Assembly (NCBI GenBank): GCA_964650355.1
Contig: CAZYTL010000005.1
Span: 23,209-87,208 of the forward strand
Length of the DNA: 64,000 bases
Direction of reading: 5' to 3'
Source: an uncultured Gammaproteobacteria bacterium
GTDB taxonomy: Bacteria > Patescibacteriota > Microgenomatia > CAYXHB01 > CAZYTL01
The notes under the pieces are model-generated. The model saw only the letters and a list, made by a program, of their open reading frames with translations. It had not been told where the DNA came from and made no database searches. Each line of letters opens with the position of its first letter. Within the stretch, counting starts at the first letter, position 1. The position numbers were made by a program, and so were the translations under genes. Of this stretch, positions 20,206 to 32,400 are shown one piece after another.

Positions 20206-23049
20206 TTACAAGTTACTGATTACCTTTCCCCAATCCCAACTATTCACCTTCCCGTCTCCGTTCTGATCTCCCAGACTAGCCAGCCAATTCCTTAGCAATA
20301 ACTTAGCCATTGCCCCGAAATTTATTCCGGCTTTCTCGCCATTAAACGTCATTCCTCCCCAACCCACCGGTCCGTTCATATCTCCTCCGTCACTGTTTGA
20401 CCACGCCGCCGTATATCTTACTCCCGCCCCGTCGCGGTCATCTAGCACTATCTCTAACCCCCAATTGTCTCCGGCCTGAGGCGCAGAAATTCCCATTTCC
20501 GCCCATGGAATCCTCATCTCCATCTCATACCCCTCATCCACATCACTGTTGTCATTTACTGTTCCCTTCACCACCACCGCTGACTCAAAAGCTATGTTGC
20601 TCAAACTCGTTCCTTGTTCAGTTCTCTGCTTATTTAATACATTGACTAAAAATTTAAAATCATTATTGTCTCTTGTCGTTCCTCCTTGTTCGCCCACGTC
20701 TAACATTAACTCCAGACTGTCATCCTCCCACAACCTCCCCCCGTTATCTGCAATGGCATTTAAGTTTTGGTCGTTAACATCCACACCTACATATAAAGCA
20801 CCATTGTCCCACAGCAACCAATAACTCCCGTTACTCCCTGTCTCTGTTTGCGTTAATCGAATCTCATTAGCCCTCCCATACTCATCAATCTGTCCATCTA
20901 ATATTGGTTTAATACCGGTCGTCAATAAATCATATTGTTTCCCCTGCAATGGGGTCACTGTTGGCAACGAACCGCCTCCCGCCCCCTCACTCCACTTAAT
21001 CAGCCTCACATACTTGACTGTCACATCACCGCTCTCTGTCACAATCGCCAGATCTTGCCCGTTTGGTAAACCTCCGCCAAATGCGGCTTCATCCAACACC
21101 CACGTCACCGTCTTCCACTGGCCGCTATTGCTCCCGCTCACGCTCGCTGTACTCAATATCCCCAGATTTCCTCCGTCATATTGCACATGCCATCGCCCGC
21201 TATTGTTGTCCTTATACGTCACCTTTAACAATACCAGCCCCGGTTGATTATTAATGAACCTATCCTCCACCGCAAAATCCATCCGATTATTTCCGTTCAC
21301 CCGATCCGTCCGTCGCGCTACTAAATTATAAGCATCCCCGCTTCCCCATGGAGGATTTCTTAAAGTGTCCCGTCCCGGATCAGGGCGGTAAACTTTTTCC
21401 ACCGCCACTGTTCGGGCATTCGGCAAATCCCTTTGATACAGATACTTTTCAAAATTCTTCATCGCCAGATCTCTGGGTTGTCCATCCAGGACATCTCGTT
21501 TATAACCCTCATTTAAAAACACCCACGCGTCCCGGCTGGTATCCACAGTCTTTCCCATCGACTTCTGCACATAATCTGAAAAGGGAGGATTCAAATCATA
21601 ATTGTAACTGGTTATATATAAAAATCTGTCATGCTGCGTCATTGCCCTAAAATTCGACATCAACCATCCGTGTTTTCTTTCCGCTACAGTAGTACCCCAA
21701 AGAGAATAATTTTCATTCTCGTCTCCCCTGGCTCGCCTCTGGTTGATCACCGGAAAATTTAAATCCGTTTGAAAATAAGTTTCATAAAGTGGTGATGTCG
21801 TACCATATGGATCATGAACCAGCTTCTGGCCTGTCGAACCCGCATAATCGATCCAAAAATAATACTTTTCTATAATCCCTTCCCTGAAAGATGCTCCCCG
21901 GTCCAAAACATGCTGCACAATTGCCGCACTGGCTGTTGGATAGCCTAACGAACCCTCTTTGCCTACCCACATCAACTTGTATTCCACTCCGCTAAACGCA
22001 TCAGCCCAGGCGTCAATCCTTTTAATCGCCCAATTTCTATATACATCAGATGACAAACCAAACACATTAATCGCAGTTTGCTTGTCATCAGCTGTCAACC
22101 CCAACTCTTCTCCCCGACTGTAACTGATTCCGTGAATATAAGCAAACACCACCAGCGGGTCTTGAGGAATTCCGCTCGCACCCAAAGCCTTCACGAATTT
22201 CAAATATTCCTTCTCCACTCCCGGATCCCGGGGGGAGACATAAGTCACATCAAAACTACTGTTCGTACCTTTAAATGTAGCTATCGGCGGATTGTACTTT
22301 TGTATCACCCAGTCTGGCACTTTATCTATTTCACCACTCATTATTCTCAATCCCAAAGGATAATTCCCTTGCAAACCTCGCAAATAATCAATTTTATTCC
22401 AAAGCAAATCAAATCGATAAACCCCGTCCTCCGGATTAAGTACCTTCCAGCTAAATGCCGAATCCCCCGCCGCCGATACTGGAATCTTCTCATTAGGATA
22501 CTCAGAATTAAAATTCGCCCCGAATCTGAAAAAACCACTATCCGCATCCCTCCTTACCCCCGGCGGTAAATACCAGTCATTATCCGTATTCACAGTCTTC
22601 ATCACCGCATTATTTCCCCTCATAATCAGCAATCCGTAATCGTTAACCTGATTCTGCGGCGCAAAAACCCGCAACAAATAATCTCCCGTTCCTAAATTAT
22701 CCAGTCTTAAATACTCGTTATCCGTTGTCGACTTTGACTCCCCAATCTTGATCATGTCACTTCGGTATAATTCCATATCCAAATTCCCGTCGCCATTGCT
22801 AAACGCCATTCCTACCATCAGCGTTCCCGATTGATTCCAACTGATCCGATACCAATCCTCATCTCTCCACGCCAACTGCTCATACAATCCCGGTGAAATC
22901 GACTTAGCCGTTGCTGCCGTATCATTCTCCTCAAAACTATCGTCCCCGCTTTGGGCAATAACCTTTCCCGTCCTCATTACTGACATCCCTGCAACCATCA
23001 TCCCCACCCCTAAAACCATCATTAACAAACTCAACCATCTTCTCCTCAT
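20206..23049 (-). CDS. Secreted PPC-like domain + putative glycoside hydrolase (TIM-barrel-like) + CBM9-like domain + dockerin-like tag
   Basis: DDSFEENDT...DEDWYRI (PPC-like), FSWKVLNPEDGVYRFD...VPDWV (clan GH-A-like), LWEDDSLELMLD...EMRIPW, GDQNGDGKVNSWDWGKVISNL. Confidence 0.7.
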   Translation of the reverse strand: MRRRWLSLLMMVLGVGMMVAGMSVMRTGKVIAQSGDDSFEENDTAATAKSISPGLYEQLAWRDEDWYRISWNQSGTLMVGMAFSNGDGNLDMELYRSDMIKIGESKSTTDNEYLRLDNLGTGDYLLRVFAPQNQVNDYGLLIMRGNNAVMKTVNTDNDWYLPPGVRRDADSGFFRFGANFNSEYPNEKIPVSAAGDSAFSWKVLNPEDGVYRFDLLWNKIDYLRGLQGNYPLGLRIMSGEIDKVPDWVIQKYNPPIATFKGTNSSFDVTYVSPRDPGVEKEYLKFVKALGASGIPQDPLVVFAYIHGISYSRGEELGLTADDKQTAINVFGLSSDVYRNWAIKRIDAWADAFSGVEYKLMWVGKEGSLGYPTASAAIVQHVLDRGASFREGIIEKYYFWIDYAGSTGQKLVHDPYGTTSPLYETYFQTDLNFPVINQRRARGDENENYSLWGTTVAERKHGWLMSNFRAMTQHDRFLYITSYNYDLNPPFSDYVQKSMGKTVDTSRDAWVFLNEGYKRDVLDGQPRDLAMKNFEKYLYQRDLPNARTVAVEKVYRPDPGRDTLRNPPWGSGDAYNLVARRTDRVNGNNRMDFAVEDRFINNQPGLVLLKVTYKDNNSGRWHVQYDGGNLGILSTASVSGSNSGQWKTVTWVLDEAAFGGGLPNGQDLAIVTESGDVTVKYVRLIKWSEGAGGGSLPTVTPLQGKQYDLLTTGIKPILDGQIDEYGRANEIRLTQTETGSNGSYWLLWDNGALYVGVDVNDQNLNAIADNGGRLWEDDSLELMLDVGEQGGTTRDNNDFKFLVNVLNKQRTEQGTSLSNIAFESAVVVKGTVNDNSDVDEGYEMEMRIPWAEMGISAPQAGDNWGLEIVLDDRDGAGVRYTAAWSNSDGGDMNGPVGWGGMTFNGEKAGINFGAMAKLLLRNWLASLGDQNGDGKVNSWDWGKVISNL

Positions 23050-23102
23050 ATATCCACTCTATCACGCAAGATTTCCTTCCGTATACCGAATTTGGAAACC
23101 CT

Positions 23103-25175
23103 CTATCTCTCCGCCCACCCCACCCCATTCACGAACTGTCCGTCATTATGATTGCTCGTCGCATCATGTGTCAGTACCCCGCTGCCTTCATTAAACTTCC
23201 AGTATCCTACCAGACCTGAAGAATTAACATCCACTTCACTGTTCATATTCCCCTCGATCTCCACTTCACTTCTAGCTACATCCCAGATCCTCACCTCATC
23301 AATCTGCCCATCTGTATACTCTGTACTCAACCTCCCTATCATTAATGGATTACTATCCTGATTAATCGTGTCACTCCCCACGTTCGCCCGACCTTCCTCT
23401 ACCCCGTTAATGTATAGTATCTCATTACTCCCGTCATACACACACGCCATATGATACCATCTCCCCATCTCCACCGCAGTGTACCAACTCACCCTTTGGT
23501 TGCCTGTATTAACATAATTTAAATAACAACTAAATCCCTGCCCTGTAGCGTTATTCCCCATTACCCATATCCTCATCTGGTTAAACGCCGTGCTCAACAC
23601 ATTATTGTTTCTGGTTAAATCATTCGCTCTCACCCACCCCTCAATAGTGATCTGATTAACCGGTTTGTAATCCACTGAGTGTGGCACTTCCACATAATCA
23701 TTCACTCCGTCAAAACTTAAACTGTAATTCGTAGCCATCCCCGCTCTCGCTGTCCAGTCCAAACTATTAACCTTTCCATCCCCAACCAAATCCAGTCCGG
23801 CTAAATTCCCTAACCAATTTACCAGCCACTCCTCCAACGTATACACTGGGGTCGGTGTCGGAGATAGCATTACCCCATATTCATAAGCCCCGATATCCGG
23901 AGCCATACCTTGGGGTACCTGGTGTTCGTCAAAATCTAAATCATATCCCAGATTCATCCCCGCATCTATCGCCGGGCTCCCATCTAGTAGATGAAAATTC
24001 TTATTCACTACATCTACAAATTTGGGGTCAACGACCCGCTCATTTCCGGATAAACCGAATCCCACTACCGTCTTCGGATTCATCAAATAAAAAATATTAT
24101 AGTCATGGGTAATCGGGCCATTCGCTTCATTGTAAATATTCCAAAAATCATTTAAGTAAAAAATATTGTTATACAGAGTCAGTATACTTGCATCCGTATG
24201 AGAAGAAATCCCGATATAACCGCTCGTTAAATTTTCGCTGCCATCAAGTTTGAAATAATCCTTGTTTTCCACCATCGTATTATTATAGAATTTAAAATTT
24301 TTCGCCTGGATTGCAAACGTCCCGCTTAAATGAATCGTTACCAACCTCCGGTAATCGTTTACTGACACATCGTAATAAAATTCATTATTTTCAACTTTAT
24401 AATTATTAACTCCACCCACTTCCAAAAATCCCTGGTTTTCTTGGCTCCAATTATGATGAACTAAATTATTACTCACATCACGTTCTCCGGCATAGATCTC
24501 AAAGGCTCTACCGTCATATCCATAATCATAACTAGCAGCTCGGCATCTCAACATCCGATTATTAGCGATTTCATTAAACGAACCATTTAAATTAAATGCT
24601 GTGGCTCCATAATCATCATCCCCTCCGATAGTATTATTAATCATATGTAAATCATGAATGTAACTATTGGTCACTAAATTATGTTGGCCATCGATCCTCA
24701 CCCCCGCACCTACTTTAGTAACTTCCAAATTGCGTATAGAATTATTATTCCCCGTCGATTGCACCCATACCCCGAATCGGAAAGTATCATCCAACTTCAG
24801 ATTCTCCACCACCACATAACTCCCCAATACTCGGATCAAATCCGTACCACTCGCATTAGTTAGTAACGGTACATTCCCAGTTCCGTAATCACTAAACACG
24901 ATCGGATTTCCATTCACTCCCGAATTATTAATTTTCAGCATCCCTGTCCAGCTACCTCCTCTCTTAAACATCACCTTGTCTCCAGGTTGTAAATTTGTAT
25001 TATTTACTTTAGTTAATGTCTTCCAGGGCTGGTTCACCGTCGTACCCGAATTACTATCCGACCCGCTCACATTATCTACATAATAATCCGCCGCCCAGAC
25101 CGGCTTAATTACCACCATCAGACTTATTCCTATCCCTATCAACAATCCGACTAATGAAGCCAATCTTCTCCCCAT
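23103..25175 (-). CDS. Secreted beta-helix protein + dockerin-like tag + LamG domain
   Basis: YYVDNVSGSDSNSGT...PWKTL...PGDKVMFKRG, SPAIDAG...PDIGAYEY, DLVGDGKVNSLDW, FDGVNDYV...GQIDEVRIW...LVGYWKFNEG. Confidence 0.85.
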   Translation of the reverse strand: MGRRLASLVGLLIGIGISLMVVIKPVWAADYYVDNVSGSDSNSGTTVNQPWKTLTKVNNTNLQPGDKVMFKRGGSWTGMLKINNSGVNGNPIVFSDYGTGNVPLLTNASGTDLIRVLGSYVVVENLKLDDTFRFGVWVQSTGNNNSIRNLEVTKVGAGVRIDGQHNLVTNSYIHDLHMINNTIGGDDDYGATAFNLNGSFNEIANNRMLRCRAASYDYGYDGRAFEIYAGERDVSNNLVHHNWSQENQGFLEVGGVNNYKVENNEFYYDVSVNDYRRLVTIHLSGTFAIQAKNFKFYNNTMVENKDYFKLDGSENLTSGYIGISSHTDASILTLYNNIFYLNDFWNIYNEANGPITHDYNIFYLMNPKTVVGFGLSGNERVVDPKFVDVVNKNFHLLDGSPAIDAGMNLGYDLDFDEHQVPQGMAPDIGAYEYGVMLSPTPTPVYTLEEWLVNWLGNLAGLDLVGDGKVNSLDWTARAGMATNYSLSFDGVNDYVEVPHSVDYKPVNQITIEGWVRANDLTRNNNVLSTAFNQMRIWVMGNNATGQGFSCYLNYVNTGNQRVSWYTAVEMGRWYHMACVYDGSNEILYINGVEEGRANVGSDTINQDSNPLMIGRLSTEYTDGQIDEVRIWDVARSEVEIEGNMNSEVDVNSSGLVGYWKFNEGSGVLTHDATSNHNDGQFVNGVGWAER

Positions 25176-25330
25176 CTTCTCACTCTACCACAGAGATCAC
25201 GTGATCCATATCACGTAGCACATAGCATGGAGCAGGAAACATGAAAGCATTAGAACCAATAAATCCGCATACAATTTTCATCCCTTATTCATGATTCCTA
25301 ATTCCTTATTACTAATTACAATTTTACCGA

Positions 25331-27568
25331 TTACAAGTTACTGATTACCTTTCCCCAATCCCAACTATTTACCTTCCCGTCCCCATTCTGATCCCCCAGA
25401 CCAGTCAACCAATTCTTCAATAACAACCTCGCCATTCCCATCCAGTTAACCCCGGCTGATTCCTTACTAAACTCTATATCTCCCCATCCGTCAGGATCGT
25501 TCAATATTCCCCCATTGCTATTCGACCAGGTCACCGTATGCCGAACGCTGCTTGCATCCCGGTCATCCAAAACTAAGTCAAAACCCCAAACTTGTCCCGT
25601 TGTCGGAATAGGCACCCCTCCCAAATACGTCCAAGGGATTCGCATTTCCATCGTATAGCCATCATCAATATCCGTATTATTATTCACTGTCCCCATCACC
25701 TGAACAGCTGATTCGAACCCTCCCTGGGTAGGCCAGGTCAAATCCCAACTCTGACTCTCGCCCTGCACATTAAGCACATTCAGATAAAACTTATAATCAT
25801 CCGCCAACAGAGCCCCTCCGCCGTTATTGGCAGTATCCAACATCAATTCAATACTATCGTCATTCCAAATCTGTCCGTCACGGTCTGTCGTTACCGCGTT
25901 CAACTGCCCGTCAATCACCTGCGCTCCTAGATACAAACCTTCGCTATCCCAAAACAGCCAAAAATCGCCTTCTGTTCCTGTGTCCGGTTGCTTTAAATGA
26001 ATACTGGGAGAAGAGGAGTTTATCTCAGTTAAATTTCCATCCACCACAAACCTGAATGGCATTTGAGAAGCCACATATTTGCTCACCATTGGTCCTTCAA
26101 CCACGTATTCATACGCCCCGATGTCAGGATGACTGTCTCTCGGCTCCCCCACCAAATCAGTCGTCACCCCCAGTGGCGTACCCGCATCAATTACCGGACT
26201 TCCAAGCAAAGGGTGTAAATCAGCATCCAATTGGAAATCAGCCACTGCATATCGACTGCCTGTTCCCTGTAGCGTACTTAGTACGCTGCTTTGTGATTGG
26301 CTCCAAAAATTATAACTGGCAGTCCATGCTGATGAGGTCGTCCCCGTGCCTCCTGAAATCAAATTGTTTATCCATTTCGCATTCACCACCGTTCCGCTGG
26401 ATAAGTACCTGTCATTATCATAGAAAGTGTTATGAAACACCTGCAGATTTTCCACATCGCTCGTCTCTAAACCGATTCCTCCGTTCCCGCATCCTGACTG
26501 GTAAAAAATCTTCCCTCGCTTAAACACATTATTTTGAATCGTCACATCGTTCACCGCAGCGGTGCCGTTATGTTTGAACACTACCAAATGTTTGGTATTA
26601 TCATCAAAAATATTTCCGTCAATTATCACATTCCTGGCGCTATTATGAACTAAAATCCCTTCTCCGCACGACCCGCTGGCATCCTGGTCCGAAGTAGTCG
26701 GCCGAAATCCTGCAATATAGTTATTCTTGATTAACACCGGACCGGATAGATTGCCAAATCCTTTCACATCTACTCCGTTTTCCCCCACATTACCCAAAAC
26801 CCCGTGATATGGTCTTTCCACCCAAAACCTATTATTTTGAATCACTACCTTGCCGATTGCCGCTCCTGCCTTATAAGACCAGGCTCCCACCTGCACTCCG
26901 TCAGAACCGTTATTTTCAAATTGGCTGTTCAATATCTGAATATTATCTCCCTTATACATAATATCGATCGCGTTAAACTCTCGTCCTGTCTGCGAGAATG
27001 GCACTCCCGTACGGTTATCGTGAAAATAGCTATTCTGAATCAAAATCTGATTGGCATTCTTGATGAAAATTGGCGACCCCATTTGATTATTTCTAAACTC
27101 ACAATTATCAAACACAATATTCGCCGCCGTTACAGTCGCACTGTCCCCCAATCCCTGATCCAACCCCAACTTAAACGTCTGATCTACCTGATTGTCGAAA
27201 ACCAAATTTTCAAATCTCCACCAAGATACTCCATTCAAATAAATCACTTCCCCATTACTTAACACGGCAGTCTCATTCGGATAACCCTTCACTCTAATAG
27301 GTGACGAACTAGTTCCGCTTTTGCTTGCGTCCAGAGATATCGACTTATTCTTATACGTTCCCCCTCTTATCCATAAGGTATCTCCCGTGTGTAGATGGTT
27401 TATTCCATAACTAATCGTTTTCCAAGGACTCTGTATGCTTCCATTACTACCATCGTTTCCTGTCGTCGCCACATAATAATCAGCCGCGCGCACGGGTTTT
27501 GCCATCATCGAACTCAACCCCGCCGCCGCAACTAACCCGACGATTAAAACCAAACTTCTGCTACCCAT
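25331..27568 (-). CDS. Secreted beta-helix protein + CBM9-like domain + dockerin-like tag
   Basis: YYVATTGNDG...PWKTI, PDIGAYEY, CBM9-like module similar to 20206..23049, identical tail GDQNGDGKVNSWDWGKVISNL. Confidence 0.85.
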   Translation of the reverse strand: MGSRSLVLIVGLVAAAGLSSMMAKPVRAADYYVATTGNDGSNGSIQSPWKTISYGINHLHTGDTLWIRGGTYKNKSISLDASKSGTSSSPIRVKGYPNETAVLSNGEVIYLNGVSWWRFENLVFDNQVDQTFKLGLDQGLGDSATVTAANIVFDNCEFRNNQMGSPIFIKNANQILIQNSYFHDNRTGVPFSQTGREFNAIDIMYKGDNIQILNSQFENNGSDGVQVGAWSYKAGAAIGKVVIQNNRFWVERPYHGVLGNVGENGVDVKGFGNLSGPVLIKNNYIAGFRPTTSDQDASGSCGEGILVHNSARNVIIDGNIFDDNTKHLVVFKHNGTAAVNDVTIQNNVFKRGKIFYQSGCGNGGIGLETSDVENLQVFHNTFYDNDRYLSSGTVVNAKWINNLISGGTGTTSSAWTASYNFWSQSQSSVLSTLQGTGSRYAVADFQLDADLHPLLGSPVIDAGTPLGVTTDLVGEPRDSHPDIGAYEYVVEGPMVSKYVASQMPFRFVVDGNLTEINSSSPSIHLKQPDTGTEGDFWLFWDSEGLYLGAQVIDGQLNAVTTDRDGQIWNDDSIELMLDTANNGGGALLADDYKFYLNVLNVQGESQSWDLTWPTQGGFESAVQVMGTVNNNTDIDDGYTMEMRIPWTYLGGVPIPTTGQVWGFDLVLDDRDASSVRHTVTWSNSNGGILNDPDGWGDIEFSKESAGVNWMGMARLLLKNWLTGLGDQNGDGKVNSWDWGKVISNL

Positions 27569-27615
27569 ATCTTCACTCTATCACAACCTTAAGGTCATAT
27601 TCTTCACCCTCCTGA

Positions 27616-29316
27616 TCACTGATTACCTGTCTGCGCATTTATCTGCGAAGGTAGAGGCAAGTTTATGATTGTCGTCCAGTCCCAACTATTCACCTTCCCA
27701 TCCCCATTCCCGTCTCCGTTAGAACCCAACCAATTATTCATCAAATACTTCCACCCCGGCCCCTGATAAACCAGTCTCACTGCATCCGCCACCACATCTC
27801 GTCCGTTACTTGCTCGATCACTTACCTCTACCCACCCCTGATCCACAAAATAATGTCTCCCCAACAGATTCCATTGTCCTCCGTTTGCCTGCTGATTCAC
27901 TCTGACCGTTTCCGATCCGCCAGCATAATTAACCACATATGGCACATCAGTTGGCCTATAATCCTTAGCTAACCACCATCCATCCACGTCATATATTCCA
28001 GGCTTACCAACCGTAAAATCCCATCTGGCAGTATCTCCTCCGCCAATCAACACATTGTAATAATGCGACCCATTGTAATGCTGACTATCAACAGTACCCG
28101 TATCCGGATACCTTACCCATGCGTCTCCCCCTGAAGCAGTAAAATAACTAAAACCGGCATCCTCATTATCAATAATCACCTCATTCGGATTAGATGTGGG
28201 TGTTGGACTGACTTCAAATGGAGGCATCGATTCCCAATCAACTTCATTTCTGTTAACCACCCACGAATCATTTAGCAATTCTGAAGCATTTTGATTATCT
28301 ATAATCGCAACTTTAGCCCCGGTCCATGAATGCCAGTTCTGAAAATAAACTACCTTGGGATACTTGGTCTTAATTGAATTAATAATTGTAGCATTGTTCC
28401 AAGAACCGTCCAGGATGCTGGCCGGTCCCACCTCAGCTAATCCCAAGGGTTTACCCACTCCTGTTAATTGTTCATAACTGTCACTCCTTATAGTCTGACT
28501 ATCACTGTACAGATCTAAAGCCACAATATCTACATAATCATCTCCGGGATAAACCAATAACGGCGGATTCCAATAAGTATTCGCCACATCTGCCGCCGCA
28601 TAAACCCACAAAATATTATTCAGCCCCTTTTGATATGTAAAATAATCAAACATTTGTCTCCACATCTGTTTCCAGACTTCCGCTCCCTGTTCCGGATGGT
28701 CTTTCAACACCGCCCCCATATCCCACCAGAAACAGTTCATAAAATTCATCTCATGAAACGGCCGCCACAAAACCACCACTCCCGCCTGTTGCAAATCATT
28801 AAAATGTTTGGCTACCCGATCTAGTTCAGCCTTCCAAACTGGGTAAATTTGACTATTCTGATCCAGCAACTCTCCCAGATTCCGATTAGTTAAATCCCAA
28901 CTAGTGCCACCGGTCCAGGGGTTAGGAGCATGGTGGTCATAGGCCACCAATCCCCCGGCATTCCAATACTCAGTCACCCCCTGGGTAAAAGCCTCTACCT
29001 TAGATTCTGTGTTCCCCCAGTATTGCTGACCAATCGTCCCTCCTATCATCCCCACGTAATTACCTGTCAATTGATGGAGACTCTCAATATATAAATCATA
29101 ATCATTCGCAAATCCCTGTGCAGCCCGCAAATGCTGGCTTGATATCACTCGATTACCCCCACGATTCGGCAAATCATTTAAATAATTCAACACCTTCCTT
29201 GTCTGCAAATTAGCATTGGGATTAGCCGGTTCAATCGCCAGTACCGGCTTACTCACCCACAAAGCCACTCCTACCCCCACCACCATCATTCCTATCCATC
29301 TTAAGACTCTCCCCAT
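27616..29316 (-). CDS. Secreted GH26 (beta-mannanase-like) glycoside hydrolase + golvesin-like module + dockerin-like tag
   Basis: GH26 motifs VLWRPFHEMN...FWW, YPGDDYVDIVALDLY and KPLGLAEVG, plus VVADAVRLV and GDGNGDGKVNSWDW. Confidence 0.9.
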   Translation of the reverse strand: MGRVLRWIGMMVVGVGVALWVSKPVLAIEPANPNANLQTRKVLNYLNDLPNRGGNRVISSQHLRAAQGFANDYDLYIESLHQLTGNYVGMIGGTIGQQYWGNTESKVEAFTQGVTEYWNAGGLVAYDHHAPNPWTGGTSWDLTNRNLGELLDQNSQIYPVWKAELDRVAKHFNDLQQAGVVVLWRPFHEMNFMNCFWWDMGAVLKDHPEQGAEVWKQMWRQMFDYFTYQKGLNNILWVYAAADVANTYWNPPLLVYPGDDYVDIVALDLYSDSQTIRSDSYEQLTGVGKPLGLAEVGPASILDGSWNNATIINSIKTKYPKVVYFQNWHSWTGAKVAIIDNQNASELLNDSWVVNRNEVDWESMPPFEVSPTPTSNPNEVIIDNEDAGFSYFTASGGDAWVRYPDTGTVDSQHYNGSHYYNVLIGGGDTARWDFTVGKPGIYDVDGWWLAKDYRPTDVPYVVNYAGGSETVRVNQQANGGQWNLLGRHYFVDQGWVEVSDRASNGRDVVADAVRLVYQGPGWKYLMNNWLGSNGDGNGDGKVNSWDWTTIINLPLPSQINAQTGNQ

Positions 29317-29456
29317 ACCTCCACTCTACCACGAATCACGTAACCTCTATCACGTAGCAAATAAACAATGAAACCCAGACTATCGATACTCTGCTATTAC
29401 TTTCCTCAGCCATCTTCTCACTATCACAACTGCTAACCACTACCTCCCACCAGTAA

Positions 29457-32400
29457 TCAAAACGGCCTGTCCGCCACCCACTCCACCCCGTTCGTCAACT
29501 GCCCGTCATTATGATTGCCCGTTGCATCATGTGCCAGTGTCTCGTTTCCTTCATTAAGCCTCCAATATCCTACCAGCTCTGAAGTATTAACATCCACCTC
29601 CCGGTTCATATTCCCCTCGATCTCCGCCTCGCTCCTGGCTACATCCCAGATCCTCACCTCATCGATCTCCCCATCTGTATATTCTGTACTCATCCTCCCT
29701 ATCATTAACGGATTACTATCTTGATTAATCGTGTCACTTCCCACAGTGATCTCACCCACCTTAACCCCGTCTACATATAACCTCTGATACTGTCCGTCAT
29801 ACACACACGCCAGATGATACCATCTACCTGTCTCCACTCCTGTGTACCAACTCACCCTTTGATTGCCTGTATTCACATAATTTAAATAGCAACTAAAACC
29901 CTGCCCGATAGAGTTATTCCCCATCATCCATATCCTCATCTGGTTAAACGCCGTGCTAGTCAAATTATTATTAGTGCTAAAACTATCCGCTTTAATCCAC
30001 CCCTCAATAGTGATCTGATTAACCGGTTTGTAATCCGTTGAGTGCGGCACTTCCACATAACCATCTACTCCATCAAAACGCAAAGCATAATTAGTAAAAC
30101 TCGAACCTCCCTCACGACTAACTTTGGTTGTCCAGTCCAGACTATTAATCTGTTCGTCATTTACCAAATCACCTGCAATCAAATTTCCAAACCAATTCGT
30201 TAAAAATTTAAGCCATGAAGGTATTGGCACAGGTGTAGGCGTAGGCGTCCCCGGTGGCGGTGTAGGAGTAGGAGTCAATGGAACTGCTCCTCCATACTCC
30301 AGTGCTCCAATATCATATGCATTACCTGATTTTGCTTGATCAACAATCGTTATTCCCAAAACCTGGGCCATATTTGCCATTAAAGTCTTCACCTCACTGG
30401 GTTCCATTCCACTATCAATCGCTTTACTCCCAGAAGCTAAAGACAGTTTCGCTTTAATTGATTGAATCGGACTAGTATCCAGGTTAGTAGCATCAACAAA
30501 CAACTTTTGCCCTTGATTTTCTACCCCATGAACTTCCCAGGGAGTTTGGTAGCAAATCGATTCTCCTCGATCATTAGCATCACACACTTTGGCATAAATA
30601 TAATCCTCTTTAGGGTATAAACCGCTATCTAAAAGTAAGTGCCCTGCCGGGTTTGCACTATTTGGTATTGGCGGTACTCCAATACTACTGTCCCGCTGAT
30701 AAAGATTATAATCCACTTTGGGATTATTCATATTAGCTGGGTTCGCTACAATTCCAAAATAATTATCGTCAATAATATTGTTACGAATCGTGAAGTTATC
30801 AAAAGTGCTGCTTTTGCCCCCGGCCAATATTCCGTTACGGGTAACCCCCATTCCCATAATAGTATTGTTATATACCTTTGCTTTACCGCTAGTCCCTATA
30901 TAACCATTATTAATAAAAATATTCCTATAAATAGTAATTCCGGTTGTCCGGTCTTGATTTAATCCCGAGCCGGAAAACCCTTGGAAAAACCCCACGCCGT
31001 TATAATTAGGGCCGTTAGTGCTAGTAGTGCGCCAAAATGCATTGGCAGAAGCATAACTCCAGCCTCTGTTATTCCGGATCACATTACCCATTACCAACAC
31101 TTTGGTATAAGGCACATCTTTAGAATATATCCCGAACCCACTACCCTCAGAATGATTCAATCCGCATCTCTCCAAATAATTATCTTTTACTAAAATATAC
31201 TCCCCCAAACTCTCAGTGACCGCAATACACTTATGAGCCACATCATGAATATAATTATCTTTTATAATTAATTTATAAGCATTAGAAAAATATAAACCAT
31301 AGTCGCGATTCACTGGTTTAAAACCGATATGGTGGATCTGGTTGTTAACTATCTGCATCATCGGAAAACCACTCGTAGTCATCCCTTCCAAACTGTAGGG
31401 GTAGGTGACTAATGCATTGCCTTCGATATCATATATTTCCGAGTTAACTATCTGGGTATCTTTCGATAACAAACCATCTTTAACTTTCGGCCGTCTTAAG
31501 GTAATCCCCTTGCCACTATGAGCGATTTTTATATGATCAAATTTAACGTGTTCCCCCTGCTGGGAATAATGAAAGCCCACCAACGCGCCTTCCGGGTTTT
31601 GAATATCGCCCTCATTATTAAGCAAATTATTCACGAACATGATATCCAGACCCTTAAATACCAAGTTCGATTGTTCAGAAAAATCAAGTCCGATCCCCCG
31701 CGTGGCGATTTCTATGTTTAAATTTGCCGGACTAACTTGTGTCCTAGTTTTGATATACAGTCGATTTTGGTTAATGTACCATTCCATCTCCCGATCCAAA
31801 AACGCCGGGTTACCTTCCAAATAATATTTAGTGAACGCCCCAATCCCTGGTATACCTGATAAATAATCAAAATCAGCCCGGTCACTCCAGCCGATCTTAC
31901 CAGAACTTTTGTCAAAACTGCTGATCTGCCGCCGAAATATATAAAATGCCGACCGGGTATCCATCATATATGCCACCGCCCCGACCAAATCCGCATACTT
32001 ACGTAAATCCAAACCATCCCCACCCGTGTTTTGATCAGTTAAATTATACAAAGAAGAATTAGCCGTCATTTTGGGCGACATGCAAGCTAATAGATCTGAA
32101 GCTGGACTACTGGGGCACCCACTTCTTGCTTGGTTATCATTCCATACACTATTACCACCATCTGCTGTCGCCCAATTTTCATGATATTTCCAGTAAGTTT
32201 CTACTGTGAAGTCCGGCTCATGAGCTTTTGGGTATTTAACTATTCCGTCCCCGATTTCCTGAAAAAAGGTTATTTCCGGGTATTTCGGCCAACCATTAAA
32301 CGCAGACCCAGGTACCTGCAACTCATATATCAATTCTGGTTTTGCTGGCAATTGAGAAATATCAGCTGAGTATACGCCATTGCCTTCAGAACGCCAGGAA

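Noticed and set aside
29336-29413. Possible decayed promoter box and 25-codon ORF between array genes
   Set aside because: Motif and spacing deviate from the consensus and the peptide does not resemble the signal peptides.
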